From the IMG/VR virus record IMGVR_UViG_3300030102_003916, positions 1 through 64,000 of that record: a DNA stretch of 64,000 nucleotides. The stretch is one strand, 5' to 3'. This DNA is from an uncultured virus (IMG/VR IMGVR_UViG_3300030102_003916). Taxonomy: Duplodnaviria; Heunggongvirae; Uroviricota; Caudoviricetes; Kyanoviridae. The notes beneath the pieces were generated by a model. That model did no database searches and had not been told where the DNA came from. It saw only the letters and a list, made by a program, of their open reading frames with translations. Position numbers and translations under genes: made by a program. Positions 31,588 to 43,500 of this stretch are shown piece by piece; within the stretch, counting starts at the first letter, position 1, and the number at the start of each line of letters is the position of its first letter.

Positions 31588-33759
31588 ATGGCGAATGCAC
31601 TATACAAGGGAGATCTCGCAGAGGTTTCGTTCGGTAAAGAAACAGGGCTAAGGTGTGATGGGGCCACTTGGACATTAACTTCGAGCACAACAAGTACGAG
31701 TACGATTACAATCGGTTCGGGTGCTTATTGGCATACAGGGTCATCAACAGTCGTTGAGATTCCTGATAATATCCTGGTTGGGTGTGTGGTCAAGATTACA
31801 GGTGGGACTAACTTCTCCGCAGATGACTACGCTACGACAAGGAGAACGTACTACATCACTTCCAATGACACAGGAGCAGGTACAATAGTCGTTCAACCCG
31901 CTTTGGCTACAAGCGCATCCCAGGCTGCAGGTGGTTCTGATAGCCTAGTCATTGACTCGTTCAGATGTCCCACCTTTGACTCGGGCATGACAGACGCAAC
32001 GAACGGCCAAAGAGTCAGGACAGACCAATTCTTCGGATTACTCAACGAGTTCGCAGTACCGGAACCACAGATAGACGTGAGGAAGCAACACGTCATTGGC
32101 ATGGGCAGGGATGTCAATGTGATTACGAGTGGCCGCGAAACTCTCGAAGGTGGTTCTCTTGAGGTCAATGCCCACAGTATGAGGTGGCTCAAGTATGCGC
32201 TTGGGGGGCATACGGCAAAGGGCAACGGATCGTTGGCTACACTAGCATCGGGAAGCAACACCATCTCAGAGAAGCTATTCAATGTTCCAGACTCAGTTTC
32301 CGCAACAGGAAGGGCTGAATTGCAATCCAACTCTTCGACTGCGGGCGATTATACTGCTATTGCATCAACAGGGACTGTATTTACAGGACTTGATAGCCTA
32401 TCCACAACCACAGGAACCAACTTCATGATTGGTGCTAAGGTGGCATCAGTGAATAGCACTACTGCTACTCTAACTGCGAAGACCGTGTTTGCCGTGACAA
32501 GCGGAACAGCCGCAGGTGTCCTCAAGGTGAACGATAGCGGGACTACGAAGTACGCATCTTACACGGGAATATCGTCTAATGACGTTCAGGGTATAGCAGA
32601 TATTGACTCCGGTGCGGCTACACTAGCACTTGCTTCAAACAAATGCGTGGTGCTAATGCCTCCAATCGCAGGTGCAATATCCATAGGAGACACGAGAGTG
32701 AACGTAGGGGCAACGGTTCGTGCCATGTTTGCAGTCGGAGACTACATACAGATTATTGACAAATCCACTCATCAGATTCCTGGACAGGATGGAACGCCAC
32801 CTACGATATTCAAGCATGAGATTAGGAGAGTCATAGCAGTAGAGGGAAGCCACGTTCACGTTGAGGAACCATTCCTATTCGCCCACGCAACGACTGATTG
32901 CGGAGTCGATAGGCTACGATACACCGCAGATGCGACAAAGGGTAGCCCCAACATCAATGCCACCACAAAAGAGCTTCAGAACGGCGTGACACACACACTC
33001 TTCGGTCACAACACCGTACCTTCCTTCACAGTCGAGCAATCTCTAAGGAACAGCGATGCTACTCCTGGTGGTGAGCAATTACTCAGACTGTATAGCGGAT
33101 GCAAGGTAGGAGATGCCACAGTATCGGCAGACACAGAGGGCGAGTTGAAAATCCAATGTGGATACCAAGCCGCTAGACACTACACAGACACAGGTAGTAT
33201 GTTCTCACCTCACAGGATGTTCGACAACACGGCATCCACTAGCGCAAACAGAAAGGTTAGCGGGATAGCAGTCGATGGCGAGAAGCCATACCTGTTCCAA
33301 GACATTAGCATCGAGGTCTTTGGAAGGCCCGTTCTCAGAGCTACATCCTTTAGCCTGAGTATGACCAACACCAACACCGCACGATACTTCATCAGAGGAT
33401 ACGAGGGGCAGACTGCTGATACGGATCAGGTGCAACACGGTGCTACACAGACACCTCTCGACATTACAGAAGGAGTGAGAGAATACACCTTCACCTTCAA
33501 GGCTCTAGTTGAGGATGACAGGCTATGGGAAGAGTTGAGGACTCGAAGACACCATCAAAACACCAATGACATCACCTTCACGATGACCAAGCCAGGAAGT
33601 GCCACTACGAGGCAGACCGCCACTATCACCTTAGAGGACTACACAATCATGAAGGCAGACCACCAAATACCTTCTGACAAAGGCCCAATAGAGGCAGACT
33701 TGGAATTAGTAGTCCGTCACATGAAGGTGACTGAAAACAATCCATACTTCATTTTATGA
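31588..33759 (+). CDS. Major tail (tube) protein with inserted accessory domains
   Basis: N-terminal AEVSFGKET; C-terminal SFTVEQ, YSGCKV, SFSLSMTN and REYTFTF tube-like strands; located upstream of chaperone and TMP; 723 aa. Confidence 0.7.
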   Translation: MANALYKGDLAEVSFGKETGLRCDGATWTLTSSTTSTSTITIGSGAYWHTGSSTVVEIPDNILVGCVVKITGGTNFSADDYATTRRTYYITSNDTGAGTIVVQPALATSASQAAGGSDSLVIDSFRCPTFDSGMTDATNGQRVRTDQFFGLLNEFAVPEPQIDVRKQHVIGMGRDVNVITSGRETLEGGSLEVNAHSMRWLKYALGGHTAKGNGSLATLASGSNTISEKLFNVPDSVSATGRAELQSNSSTAGDYTAIASTGTVFTGLDSLSTTTGTNFMIGAKVASVNSTTATLTAKTVFAVTSGTAAGVLKVNDSGTTKYASYTGISSNDVQGIADIDSGAATLALASNKCVVLMPPIAGAISIGDTRVNVGATVRAMFAVGDYIQIIDKSTHQIPGQDGTPPTIFKHEIRRVIAVEGSHVHVEEPFLFAHATTDCGVDRLRYTADATKGSPNINATTKELQNGVTHTLFGHNTVPSFTVEQSLRNSDATPGGEQLLRLYSGCKVGDATVSADTEGELKIQCGYQAARHYTDTGSMFSPHRMFDNTASTSANRKVSGIAVDGEKPYLFQDISIEVFGRPVLRATSFSLSMTNTNTARYFIRGYEGQTADTDQVQHGATQTPLDITEGVREYTFTFKALVEDDRLWEELRTRRHHQNTNDITFTMTKPGSATTRQTATITLEDYTIMKADHQIPSDKGPIEADLELVVRHMKVTENNPYFIL

Positions 33760-33797
33760 GAAAAGAGTAATGAACCATTGAAGAGGAGCGTTATACA

Positions 33798-34202
33798 ATG
33801 AGAATAACCGGATTCATCACAATCAATGGCTCAAGGGAGTGGCTTGATTGGACTTTGACAGGTGATAGCATTGTCGAAGGCCCAGGTCTGAGTGCAGCAG
33901 AGATAACCTACGAAGGTACGATTATAGCACCCGTTGAGGAAGAAATAGCACCAACAGATGGGTATGAGGATCTTACTGTCACTGAGTTGAAAGTTCAATT
34001 GACACAGAGAGAGTTGCCAATCTATGGCAACAAGGAACAACTAATTAGCCGATTAAGAGAGTGGGATGTTGCCAATCCCTCCGGCTTAGAACAGACTGAT
34101 GTTGGGGAAGCAGAAGTCGCACCAGAGGTAGGAGATGGAGATGATACCGTCTATCTGCCCGAGGATGAAGGAGAGGTAGAGGATGGCTCTGAAAGCGAAT
34201 GA
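33798..34202 (+). CDS. SAP/HeH-domain acidic protein
   Basis: YEDLTVTELKVQLTQRELPIYGNKEQLISRL matches the SAP motif. Confidence 0.75.
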   Translation: MRITGFITINGSREWLDWTLTGDSIVEGPGLSAAEITYEGTIIAPVEEEIAPTDGYEDLTVTELKVQLTQRELPIYGNKEQLISRLREWDVANPSGLEQTDVGEAEVAPEVGDGDDTVYLPEDEGEVEDGSESE

Positions 34203-34545
34203 TTTCCTATCTATCTCATCAGCCGTGAGGCATGAGGTTGAGACACCTATTGGTTCCCTTGTTGTATATGTCAAGCCGATGACTTGGATTCAGCAACAAG
34301 AAGCAGTCTCACGCTTCGTTGATTTCAGAATCGCAGACGATGGAGAAGTAGCTCCGAAGATTGACTTCGGCGGCTATTACTCCTATGTCCTGTTGAATTG
34401 CATAGAGAGGACAGAACCTGCCATATCGAAGAAGGACATACTGAACATCAGTCCCGAAGTCGGTAAGGCGATAATGAATGTCTTACCAGGCATTACAGAT
34501 CTTACTGATGCTCTTGCTGGCGGTGAACAAGCCCCTTTGGAATAA
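34183..34545 (+). CDS. Tail assembly chaperone (gpG-like)
   Basis: Between tail tube and TMP; ends in the slippery heptamer C CCT TTG. Confidence 0.75.
   Translation: MALKANDFLSISSAVRHEVETPIGSLVVYVKPMTWIQQQEAVSRFVDFRIADDGEVAPKIDFGGYYSYVLLNCIERTEPAISKKDILNISPEVGKAIMNVLPGITDLTDALAGGEQAPLE
34533..34539 (+). promoter_or_regulatory. Programmed -1 ribosomal frameshift slippery site CCCTTTG
   Basis: X XXY YYZ pattern in the correct phase, one codon before the TAA. Confidence 0.75.
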
Positions 34546-34904
34546 CCTACCCTCAGTTGCGAGCATTCATCCACTCAGACGGAAGGGTAGGAGACTTCAC
34601 ACCGGAACAAAGCGTAGCCCTCTCTTATCAGACTATTACCTATGTTTTAGGCAGTCATTTCAACTGCCCCCCTCATTCCTGGGATGACCAACCTCCTGAG
34701 AAGGTTCACTTCCTGTATAACTTCGTCAAAGCGGTACAGGAAAAACAATCAGAAGATATAGAAAGGGCAAGAAAAGATGCAGGGCGTTATAACGCCGGTG
34801 GAAAGCGAAATAAAGGCCAACCCTTACGCACGACAAGTGATAGTGCCACCCTTACAGATAGTTTCGACCTAATGAATGCAAGATTGAGGGAGCAGGATGG
34901 CTGA
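34533..34904 (+). CDS. -1 frameshift extension of the tail chaperone (gpGT-like)
   Basis: The -1 frame is open from CCC TTT GGA at 34533 through 34904; no convincing independent RBS. Confidence 0.75.
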   Translation, partial: PFGITYPQLRAFIHSDGRVGDFTPEQSVALSYQTITYVLGSHFNCPPHSWDDQPPEKVHFLYNFVKAVQEKQSEDIERARKDAGRYNAGGKRNKGQPLRTTSDSATLTDSFDLMNARLREQDG

Positions 34905-36282
34905 CAATGGCATTGCAGACTTCGTAAAACAAGTCACTCTCGCCAATTCTGCGCTTAGTGGCAAGTTCAACAAATCAATGGGTGGAACCCTTGCTAAGAC
35001 TACGTTATTGCAAAAGGCGTTTGGCCCCTTTCTTGACTCTTGGATTAAGATAAAGTCAGTAGTGGAAATGGCTGTGACTCCTTTCACCGCAATTTTAGCT
35101 CCTTTACAATTGGTGAAGAAAACTTCCGATGGCATTAAACTCACCTTTCTTGGATTAGTCGGCGTATTCATTGCAGTCGCCGCAGGTATTGCGGCATTAA
35201 CAGACAAGTTCGGAGTAAATAATGAGGGTACTGAGAAGCTCAAAGAGGCATTGGGGGGCTTACGGGATACGTTTCAAGGGATTTTAGATAAGGTGCAAGA
35301 AGTTGATTTCCAGCAAATTCTCGATAATGGAACAGAGGTCTTCAATGGTCTGTTATCTTTGTTTGGAAGTGTTGCTGCTGAAATTATAACATGGGTTGAT
35401 TACGTTATCACAACACTTCTTGAATTACCGGCAACACTCGAAGATTTAGGATTCTTAGATACAGTCAGAGAAACATTTGATGAGGTCTTTGGCGCAGTCC
35501 AAACTCTTGTGGACTCTGTAAAAAATGCATTGACTGCTTTTGGAGGAGAAGGCGAGAGTGTAGCAGAGATAGTTGGAAATGCCTTCGACAAAATAGGAGC
35601 CGCATTAGTGGAAATGGGAGCAGTTGAAGCTATTGAAGGGATAATTGACGTATTAGGAGAAGTCATAGAGTTAGTAGTTAATCTCCTTGCAGTATTCATT
35701 GACTTAGCAGTCGAAATAATGGAAACGGAAGCCTTTGGTGTATTTGTCGATATAATTGAAGGAGGTATCCAACTTGCATTTGATGCTATCAACGGACTAT
35801 TAGACTTCATAGGTGGGGTTCTCGGAACAATCAACGATCTTCTTTCAGGAGACATAACTCTTGGTGAAGCGTTTGACCAAGTTGCCCAACACGTTGAAGA
35901 TGCAATTCAAGGAGTCATTGATTGGCTGACAAATATTGATTGGATGGGGATAATCGGAGATGGATTAGGTGCATTGGGAGATTTAGCAGGTGGGGCTTTG
36001 GACTTAATTGGCTTCTCAGCAGGAGGCATAGCATCCGGCCCGACAAGCGGATACCCTGCTATGTTGCACGGCACAGAAGCAGTCGTTCCCCTTCCTGATG
36101 GCAGAAGCATACCTGTATCACTTGAAGGGACAGGCGGTGGTGGTGGAGGCAATGCTACTTTCAACATCAATGTGAGTGGTGGTAAAGGAGATCCTGAGTC
36201 GATTGCTAAGGCAGTCGGTAAAGAAGTCCAGCGAGTGTTCAAGTCGCGTTCTAGGTCTGGTGGATACGGGAGGGGTATCTGA
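34897..36282 (+). CDS. Tape measure protein (short, 461 aa)
   Basis: Amphipathic helical repeats, a hydrophobic segment, and C-terminal FSAGGIASGP...LHGTEAVVPL motif typical of TMPs. Confidence 0.85.
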   Translation: MADNGIADFVKQVTLANSALSGKFNKSMGGTLAKTTLLQKAFGPFLDSWIKIKSVVEMAVTPFTAILAPLQLVKKTSDGIKLTFLGLVGVFIAVAAGIAALTDKFGVNNEGTEKLKEALGGLRDTFQGILDKVQEVDFQQILDNGTEVFNGLLSLFGSVAAEIITWVDYVITTLLELPATLEDLGFLDTVRETFDEVFGAVQTLVDSVKNALTAFGGEGESVAEIVGNAFDKIGAALVEMGAVEAIEGIIDVLGEVIELVVNLLAVFIDLAVEIMETEAFGVFVDIIEGGIQLAFDAINGLLDFIGGVLGTINDLLSGDITLGEAFDQVAQHVEDAIQGVIDWLTNIDWMGIIGDGLGALGDLAGGALDLIGFSAGGIASGPTSGYPAMLHGTEAVVPLPDGRSIPVSLEGTGGGGGGNATFNINVSGGKGDPESIAKAVGKEVQRVFKSRSRSGGYGRGI

Positions 36283-37511
36283 TGCCTAAGATTCAACTCA
36301 TAAAGCGAGACAGTAGTGTCTTGGAGCTAGATGCTGAAAACATTCAATTTGACTTGACTAGAATTATCACCGCACACGCTTTACCTATCTTCAACACTCG
36401 TGCCGCCATAGATTTGAATCAGACGAATATCAACATCATACTAGAAGGAATCATCACAGACGATGTTTCTGCTAGTCCTGGTGTGGGTTCCGCCTTTACC
36501 ATTGATACATCCATCAATGGCAGTCAGACACTAGAGGCTACTTGGTATGAGTTGTTTGCAAGTTGGGCCGCAGTCAAGACTGAACTAGATGGAGTTGAGA
36601 TACGATTCAAAAGCATAGGTCAAATCAATGCTAATCTCGGAGAAGACATCACAATCAAATTGAAGAATGGAGCAGGAAGTAGCACAGTAGCCACCAATAG
36701 CATCATCTTAGTGAATATAGCATCAACCACGAGTAGTGACAGCCTATCCGACACGATAGCGTCTGCATTGGGTGGTGCTCAGGTCAAGGTAAATACAGTC
36801 ACTACTAACTTCTCAGACATATTCACAACAACTCAATCATCAGGGCAATTGGAAACACTATCCCAGGACAGTCAAGGTGGAACAGGATTCAATGGTGAGA
36901 AAATAACAATCACCAACAAAACGGCTGGCTCTGCTGGCGATCATACTGTCACGGTTCAGAAAGACAACGCAGGACAAGCGTGGACTAAGCAATTCCTTGT
37001 GACTAATGCACTAGGCGGACAGGCAGCAGTCCAAATGACTATGGAAGATAAGGTGCAAGATTTACTCAATCTCGCTAACATGAGTGCAGGAGGTGGTTTG
37101 GTCAGCCCTAATGCTCTTGCTGGTTCTGTTGTCGATTTGCCCGAAGGCGTTGCTTCTTTCGATGCATCCAAGTTCCTGAGAGTGGATGAGGCAAAGACGG
37201 TCAAGAAATACATCGTTGGCATTAGGATACCCTACGAGTCATTAGCCTCCTCAACCACAGGAAATAGAGTGTTGAGGCAATATCTCATCCCATCAGGTAT
37301 AGGCACGGACTACTCCGCTTCTGCCAATACTGCCGAGTTCGACCCTACTAATGTTGTGAATAATCAAACAGTCAGGCCAAACCCATTCTTAGAACAGGGT
37401 ATAGCCATACCTGCTATATTGACTATGTTCAACCCAAATTACAATGCGGGCGATGGCTATTGGTCATACTCTATGACTGTCGCAGCAGTTGAACAATTGG
37501 TGGGTATATGA
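36282..37511 (+). CDS. Putative distal tail (Dit-like) protein with insertion
   Basis: First gene after TMP; beta-rich; C-terminal YWSYSMTV. Assignment is positional. Confidence 0.55.
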   Translation: MPKIQLIKRDSSVLELDAENIQFDLTRIITAHALPIFNTRAAIDLNQTNINIILEGIITDDVSASPGVGSAFTIDTSINGSQTLEATWYELFASWAAVKTELDGVEIRFKSIGQINANLGEDITIKLKNGAGSSTVATNSIILVNIASTTSSDSLSDTIASALGGAQVKVNTVTTNFSDIFTTTQSSGQLETLSQDSQGGTGFNGEKITITNKTAGSAGDHTVTVQKDNAGQAWTKQFLVTNALGGQAAVQMTMEDKVQDLLNLANMSAGGGLVSPNALAGSVVDLPEGVASFDASKFLRVDEAKTVKKYIVGIRIPYESLASSTTGNRVLRQYLIPSGIGTDYSASANTAEFDPTNVVNNQTVRPNPFLEQGIAIPAILTMFNPNYNAGDGYWSYSMTVAAVEQLVGI

Positions 37512-37512
37512 T

Positions 37513-40500
37513 ATGGGCATTGTGAAATTTCATGGCAAAGCTCTCCGTCTGAATGGCTTGACGGATGGATTAGTAGTCCCAACGGGTAAATTTAGAGAAG
37601 CAGGTTTCGACTTGAGGCCAAAGGAGTTTGCCGCCTCTGTCAAATCAACCAAGAGTCATGCCACGAAGACGGGCAGAATGCACATCGAATCCCCTTCTAA
37701 CCCTCTTAATGCGATTAGAGGGGCGTTCACCATTGATGCATACGTCATACCCGATTACGGTGGAGTGATTGTGGAGAAGCCTGGTTCATTCAGACTAAAG
37801 TACGGAGAGCCATTCTCGAATGGGAAGATGATATTCGAGGTACATACCGCAGACAGACCATACACTCTCTCAACAGCCTTTGACGTATCAGTCAAGACAT
37901 CAAGCAACTCGGGAGTATATTCATCCTCATCCAATGCACACCGCCCTCAAGACATTACCACAGGACAACAAGGATTAGTCTTAGTCACAGCTCAATACAC
38001 TCAAGATGAGTTGAAGTGTTATATCAACGGAGACTTGGTGGCAGATCTCAATCTAGGCGGCGAGGGAAAACTACTGCAACAATCCTCATCTGACATATTC
38101 ATAGGTGGAAGAGGCGGCGAGTTCAGAGGCATCATAGAGAGTATCAGAATCAACCAATCAATCGACACTCCTTCCATCGAGCCTCTTGTCAAAACGGAAA
38201 ACACGTTTGGCCTATGGCAATTCGATGACGAATATGATGTTCCCGAAGTGTATTTCTTTGACAATGCACGACCAGGAGCTACACATCAAGGAAGAGATGG
38301 CCCTACCACTCACGATGGTTTGCTTGATGTTCCAATGGTTGGAATCGGTTATGATTTCAATACCACTCACTTCAAGATTAGAGATTATTCAGCAAATCCT
38401 GGAGGCCCAACAGACAGATACACGGCTCTTGAGAAACTAGCCGCACTGACACAGGGCATACCCTTAGAGGAAGTCAAAGACCAAACGTGGTATTCTTCAA
38501 CACTTGACTTGACAGACCAAGCCTACTTCACAGGAGTCAGCTCAACGGTTCTCAACGCAGTAATCAATCACGCAGGAACAAGTCCCACCACCGGAATCAT
38601 AACACCTCCTGATTCGCAGAATGTTAGATTCTCTGGAAACGTAGTCCTTGCAACATCATCGTCATCCACACTAAACCCCTCGGTGAACCGAGTGGAGAGA
38701 ATCAGAATAACAGGATTAGACTTTGCAAATAACAGGGTGAATTGCACTTCTGTTCACTTGGCTAACGATGCTGCAAACGGAACTATCGACAATCTCCCAA
38801 CCACACAGGGACACATCTTCTCACACACGGACAACACTCCTGTGTATTTCACGTTAGGCAAAGCGGATTTGCTTATCGACCCAGGAAACGAGGAAACGCA
38901 TAATTCGGTATCCAATCAACGCACTAGAAAGAAAGATACTTTCACTTTAGCACAATACACTCAAAGCCAAAGATTCTCGGATGCATCAGGGTTCTCGAAT
39001 GACGCATATTTCTTCTCAACAAAGAGTCGTAGCACCGCACTAACCGATGCCAATACCCTATACGATCCTAGCGATACATATCCAGGCATGGGGGCTGTGA
39101 CATCGTACTCTCTCGTTGAAGGTGACTTCTATCTGAAGATGCTACCATCTCCTGACGAACAGACCGTCAAGCAGACCGTTCAGGGTATTGCTAATACATT
39201 CACATACACTAATGAGAACGTGGCAATTCATAGCCTCGTATCTGAGAATGAGAGAGTGAGAGTGACAGAACCCACATATCATGGCGAAATATCCAACATA
39301 ATCAACAAAGCCACCACAGTTTCAGCTACTGATTCAGGAAGCAGTAGTAGCAACGTATTCAACAGAATAATCGTGGAACATGGCATAGGTTTCTATGACA
39401 AAAGCATCAGTCAGAATGTGTATGCTTCGACTAGAGATGAAATCGTAGCCATCGCGGTTAGCAACATCAAGCCCTTCATGCTCAAGGGATTAGACATAGG
39501 ACATACTGCCGAATTTTCAAACGGAGTGCCTACGAATGACAATTACATTCGTCATCTGACTCCTGAGAAAGAAAGCAGGGTAGCCGTGATAGACTCCCCT
39601 GCTGCATTGGTTAGTGCTGGTGGCCCCAATCAGATTCTAGTGCATTATAACGCCATAGATTTGACAGGAGAGGTAGTAGCAGGAACGAGTCTAGCATCCG
39701 GTGGGGTCAGCACGAAGTTGCAAGCCGATCATGCGACAGGAAATGCGGCCTATCTAGTCGTGTCTAAGACCGTTCCCTGTGGTAGTGCCGTCTTTGGTAG
39801 CCGGACTGTCTCAGATTGGCTTAGACGGCCTTATTCGGGCAATCAAACAGACGGCGATGCCATACTTCTGACAGTCACATCTCCTGGGGGTTTGGTGAAC
39901 CTGCCGACAACCAACTTCAATGACAAGCCAGCATCTCACACCTTGACATCAAACCCAACGGGAGACATCACACCATCTCCTTTCATCAATATTGAAGAAA
40001 CCGTCTATGGATTAGGAACCGGAATCAAAGGATACGGCCCGCCACAACCAATAGCAAGTACGAATACACCAGATGACAGTAGTAATTCTGACTTCCATAT
40101 GATGTATATCTCAACTCCACCAGGAACAAGTCGCAAGTCACATACTAGCACGAAATTGACACCTCCATCCTTGCGAAGGTCAAACTTCACGATGATGGAT
40201 GTGATAGACAACGAATTGACAGGCAACTCAAACTTCGTTCTTGCACACCCATCCAATCGTGCAAAGTGTTGCACCTTAGATGATGTAGCGGATGCATCGA
40301 CATCACCTCTCGAAAGCTCAACCGCCACACTAGAGAAGACTTTGATGAGGGGGAGGATAGAAGAGATAACTCCACAGATGGGCGAAGGCGAAGGCGAATC
40401 TATGGTGACAATTAGAGGGCGTTCAATACTGATGGATGTCATCGACCATCGTTCCTCAAGAGACTTCAACATAGGTCAAGGCTCACCTGTGAAAGAGATA

Positions 40501-43500
40501 GGTGATCTCGGGACTCCTACTGTGACTATGACTCTTGGAGGATTAGGACAAGGCGGAGTGGATATACAACCCACATACGCAGAACACCCATTCTTGCCTG
40601 GATGGAAGGATAAGATTGTAGGAGCAGGAAATGCATCGGTTCGCAACGACAAACAGACTTCGACATACTATGCTTCAACAAGAGCCGTGACTGAGATACC
40701 GTTGTTTCCCTCTATGTTTTTCGATGTCGATGCACTAGCCGCCGCAGATAACGATGCAAGGACACCTTTGCCATCAGACAAGAGATTCAAGATGACTGTG
40801 GATTGCACTATGGCTACCAACAGACCGGAGATGCGAGAGAACGAGTCAAGGTTTGCAGTCGATTGGGGCCAAGTCAGCCCTGTTGCTTCATTTGAGGTCA
40901 CAGACCAATTATATTCCTGGGCATATGGTGAAGGAAGGTGGGTAATGAGATGTCAAAGACCATCTGTCCAAGCCGTTATCACAGGAACAAGCACCAATAC
41001 TCTAACTGTGGATGATGTGACTCCCTTTCTCTCTGCAACGGGTGAAAGAGGACTTGCGGCAAACGCATCCGACACCAATTTCTATGTCACAATTGGAGAG
41101 GGAGTGCTAAACGATGGCTATGGAATTATGATAAAGGTGAATAGCATCAACTCAGGTAATAATCAACTACTCGTTGATGGAGTGGAGTTCAATCCACAAG
41201 ATACCTCTAGCAACACGGCGAGTCACACCAATCAAGTATCGGACATAGATGCAGGAATGACTGTCACATTGGGTGGCTACATCATCTTAGATAGTGCTCC
41301 GACAGTAGCCTTAGACACTCATGATTTCATCATATCAATACACGATGAGACTAGCTCAAAAACCAACCTTACGACACCCGTTGTGGCAAGCACTATTGCG
41401 GATGCTGTTAAGGCACTCATGGGCCTCAACTCATCAGCAGTCCATGTCGATCCTAACAACTCATCACGATACTTGATACTAGACGGGCCAAACATGGAAG
41501 CGTTTGAGTGGGACATATTGGAGAATCATGAGTCTGCAAACGATAGACAGTCACTACACCCAATAGTGTGTCAAACCAATTATCTTGCATTGAAAGGGAA
41601 GAAGTCGGATGGAACCGCTTTGGAATACGTCAGACCATTAGAGATTGATTTCAGTGATGTCGCCAACACAATGGGTGAGTTCAACCTATGCGTGGATGAG
41701 GTCGTCAGAAGAATTAACATGGCGGGACACCCTCAAGCCAAGAATAGTCAAGGAGGTAGTGCCTTTGACCCGCCCGCTTTATTCCCATCCGTAGCATCCA
41801 ACAAAGATACAGGAACCCACATGGGGTATGTTCGAGCCTTCATAGGAACAGGCACTGAAAGCAGGGATGGAGAAGCAGGTGTGTCAATCGTCATACATAG
41901 CACCGTGCCTGGTGCTTCTGGTCGCAACTTCAATGTCAGACTCAGCAATCAGACACCTTACACCTACAAACCTGTCCAAGTTGTCGGCTACGGTGGATTA
42001 CTAGCAAGCAACAGCAGATTGTACCAACCCAACCTGATACCCTCTCCGATGCCAATAGGAGCCGATGGAGAGACTTTCGTACCCATATCGACATTCAGGG
42101 GCGCACCGTCAGGAAGTGCCTTAGATTCGGCCAACTCTATACGTTCATACAATGGTCTTGGTGGCTCAATCAAAGTCACTACTGTTGCAAGCCCTGTGGG
42201 TAATGATGTAAATGGAACACTCCAAGTCGAATCGACAGGTGTGCTTTCCACGAACTCCGCAAACATAACAGGATCAGGTAGTCAAACCATACCCGTAGAT
42301 ACTGTCGATGCGACTACTAAATTCAGAGTTGGCGATAAGTTGTACGACAACGAGCATAGGGACTTGGGAACGATTAGTGCCGTGACTGCAACTGCAATCA
42401 CAGTCGATGGAGCACCAACATCACAAGTCTATCAGAATGGCGAGAATTTCAGAAGAGATACACAGATGACTAGCCCGACTCTTGCGGACTTCACCACTCA
42501 GACCGCATTCACTCACATAGCAGTAAGCACTAGCACCGAGGATTACCTAAAGAGAATCACACAATACATGGGGCCGAATAAGAAGGGAATATTGAGAGTC
42601 GGATCTATCGTAGCAGACTTCGATACTATTGACCAACAAAGAACCGCTACAACGACTGCCATCATGACCAATTGCTTCCTCATCCGCAATGTCGTTCCTC
42701 GTGGAGAAACGATGAGCGAATTCATTCAGACATTCTATGACACAGATGGTGCAGCAATAGGCGGCGTTGAAATCGAATTGATTTATCCTGGGACAGACGC
42801 AGAAGGAATCGTGTATTTCGGTGGTGGACACACAGGAGTCACGTTCGACATCAGCGATGGAACCGCAAACGATTACAGCGATGACTTCCTCCACCACTAC
42901 TCAAAGGGGCCAACGGGCTTCTCAGGATTCCAAAACCTACACGAAGTCAGCACGGCATCTGCGGTGTTGGACTTCACCGATATAACGAACAACGACACCA
43001 TCAATGACAATACACTCAGAGGAATACATCACAAGCTAACAGAGGGAAAAGACGGTGCATTGGGCAGGGCTTTGTTCTATGCTAGGTTGAACGAGAGTAG
43101 CGTAGTAGTGCCGACCACAACCGTAGGGACTCCCTGGCACTTGAATGACTCATACTTCATAGAGGACTTGTACGGATCGAAACTGAGATTGGTCAGAGGA
43201 TTCATCGGTGAATTAAATAATGCATTAAGTGGAACATGGAGTTCCATGTTTATCAAAGGCCAATCAAGCACGTTGGCATCTGACATGGCATCAGGAGCCA
43301 CGTCAATCACTCTTACAGATGCATCAAGGTTCTATGTAGGGACAGTTTCCCCATTACTTCAAAATAGCATTCTGATTGATGGAACTCAGTGTATTTACAC
43401 AGGCAAGAACGGCAACACGCTAACGGGTGTCACACTTCCAAACGGCAACGCAATCAACTTCACAGCTACTGCTGGTGATTCGGTGACGGGAAATACTGCC

